Source of the DNA: Botryllus schlosseri
Lineage: Eukaryota
Length of the DNA stretch: 64,000 nucleotides
NCBI GenBank assembly: GCA_051294905.1
Contig: CM119378.1
Span: 1,054,001-1,118,000 of the forward strand
Direction: 5' to 3'
This document shows positions 13,801-25,094 of this stretch, piece after piece (position 1 is the stretch's first letter; the number at the start of each line of letters is the position of its first letter). The notes beneath the pieces were generated by a model, which saw nothing but the letters and a program-made list of their open reading frames with translations, did not search any database and was not told the DNA's origin. Position numbers and translations under genes: made by a program.

Positions 13801-15793
13801 ACTTGACTCGAGTCTTGTTTTCCAATGCGTAAAAAGACTCGACTCGAGACAATTCGTGTATTGACTCGACTTGTACTCGAGTCATTGTACACGACTCGAA
13901 CCAAGTCATAGGTCTATGACTCGAGACTAAGACGACCAAGACAAACATTTCGTTGCAACTTCGAAGAATAGTAAAGTGAGCCACCTTATTTGTGTTTCGT
14001 CTATCAGTCCTGGTAACTAGAAAATAGGGCCAGAAACTGTTAGGACTGTGGAAAAGTATGATGTTATGAATGCGAGCCATTCTATATCACTCGAGCAGAG
14101 TTGAAATAGTGGTTTGAACCGCAATGAACTCAAAATTGAACAGTGAACAGTGACTTGGACTCGGACTCGAGTCACAACACTTGCGACTCGGACTCGACCC
14201 TCTATTCACTGACTTGGACTTGACTCGGTGGTGAATTTAAAATGACTCGACTTGACTCGAGTCAAAACTATAAAAGCGAGATTGACTTGTATCTCGGAAT
14301 CTTGTGACTTGGTTACAACCCTGATCACAGGTTTCAAATCAAATTTCGGATCACCGAGGCCGGCAGAGCTCAAGGTACAATTTCAAGATGATACACAAAC
14401 TCCTTCTTCTGGCACAAACTAGGTTGGCGCACTTTTGATAATATTTGAATCCAAGACACATAGCCTAAATGGAAGAATTAATGTCCTAGTATTTATTCAG
14501 TAGACAGCAGACCAGGGCTGGGCGCAGAACTGACAATTAGATCATTCTAGTTTTCTAATTAGACTTAATAGAGCGTAATGTCGGTACCGGTAATCTAATT
14601 CGTGAAATGTGTCAATGCTATTCTTTTAATTCTAGAATCTAATTTCAGGTTTGCCGGTAAATGCTACAGGAGAACTGCATATGGTAGTGCTAAGATTGCT
14701 GTAAAGACATTTGCTATTCTCATACCCATAAATATGAACCATTATATGAGGTCAGCGGAACTTGATCCAATGTCCGAGTTTTCGTGAATTCAGTATTTCG
14801 AATTCTAATCTAATTTGGAAAAAAGCTGTGTAGCTATAATTCTAAATTTAATGTTACAGTTTGGAAATAAAGGTGTAGCTATAATTCTAGCTGTCCAGGT
14901 TTGATCTAAACACCACAAGACTGCGATACAATGAAGGACTTGAACTGACTCAACTGGTGCTCTTTTTCCAGGAGACAAAGTTTTAAATCCGGATTCCTCA
15001 AGAGAAGTTCTCGTGCTGTCGCCAGTCCAACAATGCCTCCTCCGACAATTGTGACGTCATACTTCTCAATATCGTAATTGAGAGTGGAGCTGTTGACAAT
15101 GTAATGAATGAATGAATGTAAAGAATCAGTAATATGATAAAAAATGTACCCGAGTCACATTTGTAACCAATTTATTTAGCGGACATTCAACTAAGTATTG
15201 ATTTTTTGTAGTTTTAGCTCTAGTTGCGGATTCAAAATAAGTGACTAGTTCTAATTCTAGTTAAGCATTAAAAAAAACTTGCGTCGTTTGGTGTGAATCG
15301 TAATACCGGTGTCCTATTGAGTGATGTTCTTGCGGCCATTGCTAGCTCAGAGTCATCACTCATCACTACTAACAGTGACAGTGGTGTAGATAGGGGATGA
15401 AATTGGGGGGGGGTCAAATCCCCTCCCATATAGAGCTTGCAGAGTTGTGTTTTAGTTAGTTGCGGATTTTCAAAGGTGCAGTAAACCACCAGGAACTAAA
15501 ACTAAATGCTACTCGAAAGTCTTTAAAATTTGCACGCTATCATGTCACAAATCCTAAACTTTCGAGGGCAAGGAAACCTTGAAACCCTCCCACTATGCCA
15601 CTGTCAAATCAGACAATCTAAAAAGGGTTTTTTTCTGTCAATTTGATTTTAGTGATACGAGGAACTTATACTGTTGTACATAGTACAGTATGTACCTTAA
15701 ATTTCTTGCGGTCCTGAAATTGTAGGTGCGGGATCTCCCAACATATCGATGGATTGTACGCAGCATGATTGTAAATGAATTCAAATTGTACAT
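4823..15793 (-). CDS. L2HGDH: L-2-hydroxyglutarate dehydrogenase, mitochondrial; 10 coding exons: 15793-15696, 15089-14950, 13544-13393, 12673-12545, 8826-8688, 8208-8168, 7716-7552, 6606-6449, 5666-5535, 5018-4823
   Basis: All junctions are GT-AG with consistent phases. The protein has an Arg-rich transit peptide, [18 protein letters not shown] (FAD binding), [50 protein letters not shown] and [17 protein letters not shown]. Confidence 0.95.
6710..7201. mobile_element. hAT-like MITE, GACTCGAGTC-rich family
   Basis: CAG(C/G)GTTGTAA...TTACAACCCTG termini with an imperfect 8-bp TSD (CTCGAGTA/ATCGAGTG). Same family as 9136-11541, 13760-14323 and 44572-44766. Confidence 0.8.
7289..7490 (-). mobile_element. 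Penelope-like element 3' fragments (two partial tandem copies) with a degenerate hammerhead at 7344-7388
   Basis: Matches the family at 11695-12189 and 21287-21806. The cleavage-site U16.1 is mutated (GAAAAUGUCC versus consensus GAAAAUAUUC). Confidence 0.8.
9268..11250. mobile_element. Non-autonomous hAT (Charlie-like) element
   Basis: CAGTGATTCCCAACC...GGTTGGGAACCACTG TIRs with 8-bp TSD CTCTAGTC (9260-9267, 11251-11258). Confidence 0.9.
9543..10823. mobile_element. Non-autonomous TIR element nested in the hAT
   Basis: CAGGACCGTAAC...GTTACGGCCCTG termini flanked by GTATTGA direct repeats. A second copy lies at ~50333-51089. Confidence 0.8.
11695..12189. mobile_element. Penelope-like insertion with inverted pseudo-LTR structure
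   Basis: Two near-identical ~220-bp arms in inverted orientation, a ~31-nt tail on the right arm, and 11-bp TSD GAAAGGACATA (11684-11694, 12190-12200). The arm encodes [17 protein letters not shown], a GIY-YIG C-terminus. Confidence 0.88.
12082..12125 (+). ncRNA. Minimal type-I hammerhead ribozyme (intact core, one stem-I mismatch)
   Basis: GCUGACG-AUU-ACCC-CUGACGA-G-UGUCAGC-C-GAAA-AUAU-UC-AGGU. Predicted cleavage is after C12121. Confidence 0.75.
13760..14323. mobile_element. hAT-like MITE (GACTCGAGTC family), complete
   Basis: CAGGGTTGTAA...TTACAACCCTG with perfect 8-bp TSD ATCACAGG. Confidence 0.9.
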
Positions 15794-17304
15794 TGGCTAG
15801 AAAATAATGTCACACACATATATTTACTCATGATCATTAATGTTAAATACAATTCACTAACAGGTACGGTATCGACAGAATAGCGACTCAAGTACAAAAA
15901 TTGATAAAAAACCAATACAGTGTATATGAATCAAAAACTACTGTTGCACTAATGCAGAAGATAGAAATTACAATTTAGTCGGGATTCAAGGCACTCGAAG
16001 CCCCACTGCCAGTCCAGGCAATCGTTGGGTGGGAGTGTGTTGAATTTTAATTGCTCATCCAAGTTGCGCTATTGACGACAGACGTCGCATTATGATAAGT
16101 GACTAAATAGCAGTGTAATAGTGTGTAACTATTATAGGCTGTCTGCCTGTATGGAATCGGTGTCCTGTGCTCACACTATATTCTATTTTTTAATTATTTT
16201 TTATTAAATTACTTCAACTTGGAAAATCATCGCTGCTCACCTGATATATCAGGCAGAAAGGCCAGCGATTCCAATCAGGGCTGTCTGAACGACAAATAAT
16301 TACTATTAGAGCGACTTGCAAGCGTTCAATATCAACAATTGTTTAGTTGCTCGTATATGGCAACAAAATTATCATAATATCCAGTATAGGTGCGTACCCA
16401 GACGAGAAAAAGGAAGATTGAAAAAAAGGGTTCGAAAATTTTGTAAATTTTATAAGGTCGCATCAATTTATTAGGTTTCAGTACATGCGTAAATGCCTAC
16501 AAACAAGGATCAGATAAGCTCGATATGCTTCCTCCTGTTGACGAATGTCTGTCACAAATGTCTTGATGGCGTGAGAAGTTCAAATATGTCCTATTATGTG
16601 ACCACAAATAATATAGGGCCTACCGGTAATGCCAGTTCTACACATCAAAATGAAGCTATTTTTTCGACCGTGCTTTGTGAACATGCTGTTGGTTTTAATG
16701 ATGGCTTCACACATATGTCACTTCCACTAACTGCCATATCTCTGCAGTACATTGTTTGGCACTGCTGCGATACGACCATATAGCCTATAGCCCAATAGCG
16801 CCGGGGTCAGGCACCTATCGGCAGACATTCTTCAGCCACTATGGTGGAGTGGCCAACTGACCATCATTGACCAAACCGAGTTACGCAAAAGCACAGACAG
16901 AGATGAATTACAGATAACGAAGGTAAACCGGGTTACCTTCGGTTTACCTTTGTTAGCCTATCGATCGAGAAATGCTTATTGCCGAAAGATATGCATTATG
17001 CAGTCAAGCGTGCACCGGAGTAGTGACGTATTTATGCCACCGTCTGCTGCCATACCGCGTAACGTGTTGCAGATACAATACTTTCAAGAAAATATATTTC
17101 ATTCATCGAACTGAATTTACAATGCTTTTGAAACCAATCAACCAGATAATTGAACTACGGCGATAATAAATAGAGAGTGTCGTGGATAGTCTTTAGGTGG
17201 CGCTAAGTAACCGAGATATATTTTCAGTATATCTCTGCATTGCTGTAACTTCTCGACGTGCAAACTTGGATTTCCAACTGGAAGGTACTACTGCTGGGGA
17301 CGGC

Positions 17305-20300
17305 ATGGACGCTGCGGTTAAGGTTCGTATAAAATATTTACTATGAGCAGGACTTATGTTGAATCATATATATTCACGGCATGCTGGAAGAATATAGGAA
17401 GAAGTATTACGTGAATGTGACCAACTTGAAGCGTCATGTTGTCGTGGTAACCGTTTCAACTGGATGACGTGATTGCACAATCATTACACGGCTTGAGTCA
17501 CAAATAGTTGAAGAATACTTGGTTCATTTCATAGTTCTGGTGACGAGACAAATGTATAATTACTGTGGAACATGTTATCCATAATTAAACATTCTGGCAT
17601 GCAGATGTGGGTGTTGATAAAACGTGAATTTATATTGGATTTCACTATACAAAAGAGATTACCTTTTTTCTCTTCGTTTGTGCAAAACAATGAATCTATT
17701 TGTTTGTCATTTCAATTCCACACTTTATAGTGGAAACGCCATAAGTCAAATTTATGTGGAAGCAGCTCATCATAGGCTACAGTATAAATCATTTATACTC
17801 CTGCATGCAAGATAAACATAGTATTTCTTGCTCATGTTTATTCCTCAATCCACGTGTATGCGAGAATGTGCTGTTTACCTCGATAGGGTTGGTGTTCATA
17901 CCTTGCAAATGGGTAACAAATCTTGCAAATGGGTAACGATTTACCTTGCATATGGGAAACAAATCTTGCAAATGGGTAACGGTTTACCTTGCATATGGGA
18001 AACTATCTTGCAAATGGGCAAGGAATGATTTCACCTTGCAAATGACCAACAACGGTCGAAACACAAGGCATGGTGGGGTCATCCGCCCACCAGTGGAGCA
18101 AGACCCAGATGGGTCCCCCCCACAAATTCGGCGAAATCCAAATCCAAATTAAAAAATCCAGATCGAAACACACGACGTGGTGGGGTAATCCGCCCACCAG
18201 TGAAGCAAGACCCAGATGGGTTCACCCCCCACAAATTCGGCGAAATCCAAATCCAAATTCGAAAATCCAGATGTTCATCCAAAACTGACGGACGTTAACT
18301 GGTGCAACCATATGACCCCTCCCCACCACCAATTCGGATTGACCCAAATCCAGATTTCGTGTTTCGACCGTTGTTGGTCAAAGCCTTTCCCATTTGCAAT
18401 ATTTGTTTCCCATATGCAAGGTAAATCGTTACCCATTTGCAAGATTTGTTTCCCATATGCAAGGTAAATCGTTACCCATTTGCAAGATTTATTTCCCATA
18501 TGCAAGGTAAATCGTTACCCATTTGCAAGATTTGTTTCCCATATGCAAGGTAAATCGTTACCCATTTGCAAGATTTGTTTCCCATATGCAAGGTAAATCG
18601 TTACCCATTTGCAAGGTAAGTCCTTGCCTTTGCATAACTGATGGATCTATCGTCTATTACAAGGTAAATTGTTTGATTTCTGATTGATTTCAATGTAAAT
18701 CGTGATAATAATCTGGAGTTGGATTTGGCTGAATTGGTGGGGGGCATATATGCTAGCACCAACTACATCTGACGTCAGTTTTGGATAAAAATGTGGATTT
18801 TCAGATTTGGATTTGATGGAAATCTGGATTTGGATCTATTCGAATTGGTGGTGGTGGTGGGGAGGGGTCGTATGGTATAGCACCAATTACCGTCAGTTTT
18901 GAATGAGCATCTGGATTTTTTAATTTGGATTTGGATTTCACCGAATTTGTGGGGGGGGAACCCATCTGGGTCCTGCTCCACTGGTGGGCGGATCACCCCA
19001 CCACGTCGTGTGTTTCGACCGTGTTGTTGGTCATTTGCAAGGTGAAATCAGTCCTTGCTCATTTGCAAGATTGTTTCCCATATGCAAGGTAAATCGTTAC
19101 CCATTTGCAAGATTTGTTTCCTATATGCAAGGTAAATCGTTACCCATTTGCAGGATTTGTTTCCTATATGCAAGGTAAATCGTTACCCATTTGCAAGATT
19201 TGTTTCCTATATGCAAGGTAAATCGTTACCCATTTGCAAGATTTGTTTCCCATATGCAAGGTAAATCGTTACTCATTTGCAGGATTTGTTTCCTATATGC
19301 AAGGTAAATCGTTACCCATTTGCAGGATTTGTTTCCTATATGCAAGGTAAATCGTTACCCATTTGCAAGATTTGTTTCCTATATGCAAGGTAAATCGTTA
19401 CCCATTTGCAAGATTTGTTTCCCATATGCAAGGTAAATCGTTACTCATTTGCAGGATTTGTTTCCTATATGCAAGGTAAATCGTTACCCATTTGCAGGAT
19501 TTGTTTCCTATATGCAAGGTAAATCGTTACCCATTTGCAAGATTTGTTTCCTATATGCAAGGTAAATCGTTACCCATTTGCAAGATTTGTTTCCCATATG
19601 CAAGGTAAATCGTTACCCATTTGCAAGGTGCGAGCACCAACCCTACTCGTTCACCTTGGCCAACGTTTTACATTACATGGTAAATCCTTTGGGTTTTCAT
19701 GTGTAAAAAATTCTGGTGAAAGTAAAATAATCTACGTAACACATTAATCAACATTCAACACTAAGGCCTAGACATATTCTTACATTGCTAGCTTGAGTGA
19801 TATCACAATCAAAAGATAGCTCGGGCCATCGCAAAGGTAGAATTTCATTGCGAATTGGTAAATATTATCAACTACTACATCTTAAATACTTATTCCAAAT
19901 TTGATGTAATTCGAATGTTGTGCAGATAAGCGATGGGCACCGAACAATGCTGGAGATCTTGGAAGCGAGGAAAATGCGACTGGATGCATCGTTGACATTT
20001 TGGAATAGGCGAGACCTCCTTCAGCTCACTTCATATCTTCTTAAAACCAACGATAACAGTTTGTACCACGATGTCATTCCGCAGGTGACGAGATGGTGAG
20101 CTCTTGCTTGATGTTGAAAATGTTTCCTTTATTTGCTTCGATAGGTGCTCTCTCTTTTCATTATATCACAAACTTGTGGTGTTTTAATTTGAGGAAGATT
20201 TAAATAAATATGATGAGAAAGTGCTATTGTGTCTATTGCATGCATTTTATAAACTTGCAAAATTTGATGTCGGTTTCACCAGTGAAGTATTCAATCAATA

Positions 20301-23013
20301 TGATATTGAACTTTGAATTGTACATGGCACATAGTCAGCACACCGATCCCTAAACATTAAAATTTGCTCTTTGGAAATTGTAAAATTGATTAATAGATAC
20401 CACAAATGTCAACACTTCCTGCAAGGTAATACCGAATCTGCATTTGTTAGTTACTTTTTCCTTCCAGGATCTGGGGAGAGATTCCAGCTTAATTGAAAAA
20501 CATGTCATTCAAGGACTTCAAATATCATTAGTAGAACAGCTCTAGAAATTATAATTGTGAAATTTTGTTATCGCCTGTTCATTTTCTTTCATACCATTTG
20601 TATAGTTACTAGTTCCGTAAAGTTCATTGACAGCAGTGCTACTCCCACACACATAAGTATATTGTATATGTACAATCATGTACATGTACATACTTCGAAT
20701 AGGTATATTGTTATACATGGTATTAGCCTACATATAGGTGTATGTGACCTTCTGGACTCGGTGACCATATGGCTGTATCGTTGTCCACCATTTCAAGGAA
20801 TCATTTCTTTTATTTTGGAAATTACTTCAGTCCGTCTGTCATAACTCATTACAGCATTAAAGAAGAAAATGAAATTGGAAAAATGGTTACTTTGGGAATG
20901 TGCCTCGAATTGCTGCCTGCCATGCAAATGTTGCTCAAAACCAAGTTTGAAGCGTAAATTACAGAAGCAAAATTCTCTTGATATCTTGGATTTAGTTCTG
21001 ATATTGATCGTTCCTAGCTACATCATTACTAGCCTGGACTTCCTCAGAGTGATGTGCCACCGGTGGTACCTGGAATTGAAAAATATAAGTAGAGGACCAA
21101 GTGATTTACAAAACCAGAGCCTGTAAGTATCATTTGTTGGTATTAATTAGTTTCAAAAAGGAAGGCTTTCAATCAGGAGTGGTCAAATTAGTCAGCGGTT
21201 CTACTAAGTTGAGTTCTGGAATATTGTCGGCTATCCGACAGTCATCGTGCACATCCACATTCGAGTCGAAATACAGACAATTTGTAATTGATTAGTATAT
21301 TCATATTGAAATGAACCCGAATATTTTCGGCTGACACTCGTCAGGGGTAATCGTCAGCAACTAGTAGAGAATTCGAAAGAACAGCGTTTATCAACAATCG
21401 TAACACAAAATATGACGTCACCAACACGAAATGTCGAATACAAGAGCGTTCAATGTACTATTTTTAGATGATACACGAACTCTTTTTGTTGACACAGCCT
21501 TGGTTGGTGTATTTTGATAAAAGTCGACTCCAAGGCACACAAATGAAAGTGTGAGCGACCCTTTCCGAGTATGCGAAATCTGTAGTCTCGATAATTTTTC
21601 GCACAAGCGGGATTATCCAACAAGTGTTAGCTAATTGCAGAATTTATGACCTTTGATTGTTCCACGTCTCCAACGTTGGAGACGCTTAACACGAGCCCAA
21701 AACTGATTATCTCGATGTTCTTTTGCCCTTTTTTATTTTATCTAATTGAAAAGTCGATATATATATATATGTTCCGCATCAATCTTGAGCGGGTGAGTTC
21801 AATCTTGACAATTTGTACAGAATCAAGTTGCCCCTCTAGTTTTCTGGACCGCAACCTGACATATCGATCTCGCCTTCCGACACAGGCCACCTATCCTTTT
21901 ATATTATGTTCTTTCACTTTTCATCCAGTGTGCATGGCTCCTCTTTACATCGCCTAGGCCAGGTGGGTGCCTGATTTCAAAGACTGCTCCAAGTCGTTTC
22001 GTCACCTTCCCATCTGTTCATTGTATCGCAGTCTTGTGTTGTATTGAAATGATGAAATTTTTGACAATATATTGAATTGATTGTTACTAAGGCTTTTAAA
22101 AACACCACAAGATAGTCAATAGCAACGTATTTTCGGGCATGTCAAACCTACTCCAAGTAGATTTGGTCGGGAGGGGCCGCATACTTATCAGTAGATTGTA
22201 ACTGGGTACCTTCAAAGGTGGATATTTGCGACCAAAACAGAGTGACCAATGACACTTCAAATGAGTGCAATCTTCAATATCATATTTCATTATTGTGATA
22301 CACTCTATTTCACAAAACTCTTATGACAATTTCACTGATGGGATGCAAATTTATCCGAAATACCCTAAAAACACAACCACTTAGTGCAAGTAGGCTAAAG
22401 TGACTCAAGTAGGCCTACTCTGCAAAGGTAGATGCAGCCAATTCTGTATTCTTGAACACGCGGTTTTTATTGCAGGAGTTTATCACCCATTCATTTCCAA
22501 CTGATGAACATGAGGGCGACCGTCAAAAAGCTTTGCAGAAGAGACGGGAAGCTGGGTGAGAGAGCAAAGGTGAGTAATGGGCATGTTCATTGGATGTATT
22601 TCTCTCAGTTGAAGACACAGCCAGTAGATTATCACAGTATATGAATGATAATATCCTGCATGTGCATCTATTTTGTAAACGTCGCTTCTTCCAGGAAATA
22701 TTCCATTATTCTACTTGAGTAGCATCATATCAGCAACGATCTCGACCCCTCCAAATAGATTTATGAAATAGGAGGGGCCGAGATGGTAACTGACATTGAT
22801 GCTAGTCAAGAGAAATAGTTCACGGCATTAACAAAATACACCCACATCTTGTCATCAATTTTGGTACAGAGCAGTTGCTAGTGTGAACAGAAATCCGCAA
22901 ACTTCTGGGTGTTAAAAGACTTTCCACCTAAGCAGTTGATTACATTTGCGCGACAAATTATTACAATCGAAAACATTCAGGTTCTGCACGACCTCTTGGA
23001 TGAACTCTCATGA
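17305..23013 (+). CDS. KATNBL1: KATNB1-like protein 1 (katanin p80 C-terminal domain); exons 17305-17322 (5' end uncertain), 19926-20095, 20855-20953, 21018-21122, 22476-22569, 22981-23013
   Basis: The spliced translation ISDGHRTMLEILEARKMRLDASLTFWNRRDLLQLTSYLLK...LGMCLELLPAMQMLLKTKFEAYIITSLDFLRVMCHRWYLEL...GKLGERAKVLHDLLDELS* resembles KATNBL1 as I recall it (H.TM..VL..R.MRL...LTFW; LG.C..LLP....LLKSKFE.Y). GT-AG sites and phases are consistent. Confidence 0.85.
17884..19645. mobile_element. Foldback-type element with 43-bp subterminal tandem arrays
   Basis: TAGGGTTGGTG...CACCAACCCTA termini. The 43-bp unit CATTTGCAAGATTTGTTTCCCATATGCAAGGTAAATCGTTACC is inverted at the left end versus arrays at ~18391-18617 and ~19060-19628. 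Confidence 0.85.
21287..21806 (-). mobile_element. Penelope-like element fragment with GIY-YIG remnant and intact hammerhead
   Basis: 11-bp TSD GACAATTTGTA (21276-21286, 21807-21817) splits a host repeat that is uninterrupted at ~61530-61620. 21641-21450 translates as [62 protein letters not shown]. Confidence 0.9.
21315..21358 (-). ncRNA. Minimal type-I hammerhead ribozyme, fully consensus copy
   Basis: GCUGACG-AUU-ACCC-CUGACGA-G-UGUCAGC-C-GAAA-AUAU-UC-GGGU: stem I ACCC/GGGU, core CUGANGA...GAAA...UH, palindromic stem III AAUAUU and a loop-2 pseudoknot. Confidence 0.85.
21807..22062. repeat. Dispersed repeat family (GCCTAGGCCAGGTGGGTG...TTGTATCGCAGTCTTGTG)
   Basis: Homologous segments at ~1620-1700, 14910-14940, 25825-25920, 37290-37335, 42430-43340 (split) and 61480-61800. 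Confidence 0.75.
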
Positions 23014-25094
23014 CCTTGGTCACATCGACAGGACTCCTCAGACGGTCAAGAGCAATGTTCCTTCTAATTTTTCATGAGTCTGCGCGCACTCACCGCTAGG
23101 TCCCTTACAAAACTGTGCGTAACGACTAAAAAAAGGTCATCACTACAGATTTTTTGTGCGCAGAGACCGTGTCAGCACTGCGAAATTGCGCACATGCGCA
23201 GCTTAGAGGGAACATTGGTCAAGAGTGTCGAATTTTTCTCGTTTCATGTCTCTTTGTAACATTGCCACCACCATGCTACTATTCAAAAAAGGTTTGTTTG
23301 CAACGACGGCACAATCAGTATGATGAGTGTTGGTAGGCCTACATGTTATCATACGTTCCCTGTTAACACTGTTTCTATTACCTGTGACTGTTGATCTATA
23401 TATTTTTGTTGAAAAACAATATATTATTTCAAACAAACAAGTACACTTGATTGGGAAAGAGATAGTCTCACAATCATCAATATATTCAAAGATACTGCAT
23501 CTAGCTTGAGGCGCATTTCCAAAACTTCACAGCTTTATTTGAACCGCTTCGCAGACATTGGCTATCTTTAGACATAAATTTACTAGAAAGACAGCATCTG
23601 GACACAAATAATATATATGAATAGATCAATATTCCCAGCTTTACAGTTGTATATTATAGCGTTCCGACTCCCCATTACCAAACCGAAATCGGTCTGGCTC
23701 CAATCAATATATCATTTTAGATGTATGAAGCGTTCAATTGTAGGACTTCAACACAGAGTAAACAGAAAGTTCTATATTTCAATGAGGTGTTGGGCGAGGA
23801 GGTCATGCCAAATTTAAGTACTTCATACAGTCATCAAATAAATTATAATGTGGGAAGCGTCGTCGAATAGTAATCTTTCTATGATGGGTGCATGACTGTG
23901 GAGTGTGGATTCAAGTATTTTGAATGAAAATCAACATTTTGTTTTTAAAACAGGCTCCATAGCTAGCCATTTCTATATATATAAACTAGTTTTACTAAAT
24001 AATAGCACATGTGACTTTACAATGGGTGGCCAAACTAAAGCACAAAATAAATTTCTACCCAGCTACCAGTAAACTACCAACATCTCTCTACTTCAAGCAG
24101 AACATAATAGGTAGACTACTAGCCTACCGGTACATAGTTTGAAGAAGTAGATATAGGCACGGCGTCACAGTCTACTTAGTGCTAATTGCAAGATGCTTCA
24201 GGGCAGGCGCATTTCTACTGATGTGCAATTTTGAATTAAATTTCTTTGGAGGCCACATCACCCAGACTTTAAAACTATCTCACTGATAAAACCAGAGGTG
24301 GTCGTGGACTCATCATTGGAGCTTCTATTGGAGTAGAAGTTGCAATTTCCAAGTAGGCTTACGGTATATGAAAAAGTATTATAGGCCTGGATTTGCCTAA
24401 AAAAAATGAGGTAGAAATAAGGGTCTAAATTCATAACCCTACTTTAGCCCTTCAAAAAGTGGAAGTACATCTTTAATGGCCGTCGGATAAAACTGTTGCA
24501 AAAGTATCACAAAAATACGTCTTACTTGACAAAATATAAGTACAACATAACCGTTGATAGGGTTGAGCAATATCATGTACGCTCGCGAATTCATTCTGAA
24601 TCGAATATCACTCGTCACCATGGCACTACACTATGGATGCTGTAGAAAGTTAAAATAGGTAGGTTTTACTTGACCTCTAAGCATATAATGCCAGTTCCAC
24701 ATCACATTTTAAAGATCATTAGGTAATTTTTACCACATTCATTTCATTGCACTTTGTGACGATGCTGTAGTTTGATCACGACTTCTCGGGACTATCATTT
24801 CCACTAACATGCATAGCTTTGCGCTATGTATTCCGTATGACGCTATATGACCAATCAAGGTTTCATGGCTTCCACAGTGGAGAATACTGTTCAAACTATA
24901 ATTTTTTGTTGATTAAACAACTCTTACTGGAAAGGGGTGCATGATTCCAGTTCCAGACTAAATCATTAGAATTAATATTCGATTGTGCTCTGCCCTAACC
25001 ATTGAAAATAGTCACTTGTGAAATGATTTTCTAAGTTTGCATGTATAATAAGTCTTCATTTGCCTTGTTTCTGATGTTAGCATGGTCTCAATCG

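Noticed and set aside
18391..19628. Regular 43-bp repeats as a CRISPR array
   Set aside because: They are head-to-tail tandem units with no unique spacers and no cas genes, in a eukaryotic intron.
21985..22040. AAUGAA...GACGAAACGAC in the dispersed repeat as a hammerhead variant
   Set aside because: The core lacks C3, G8 and U16.1 in the copies I examined.
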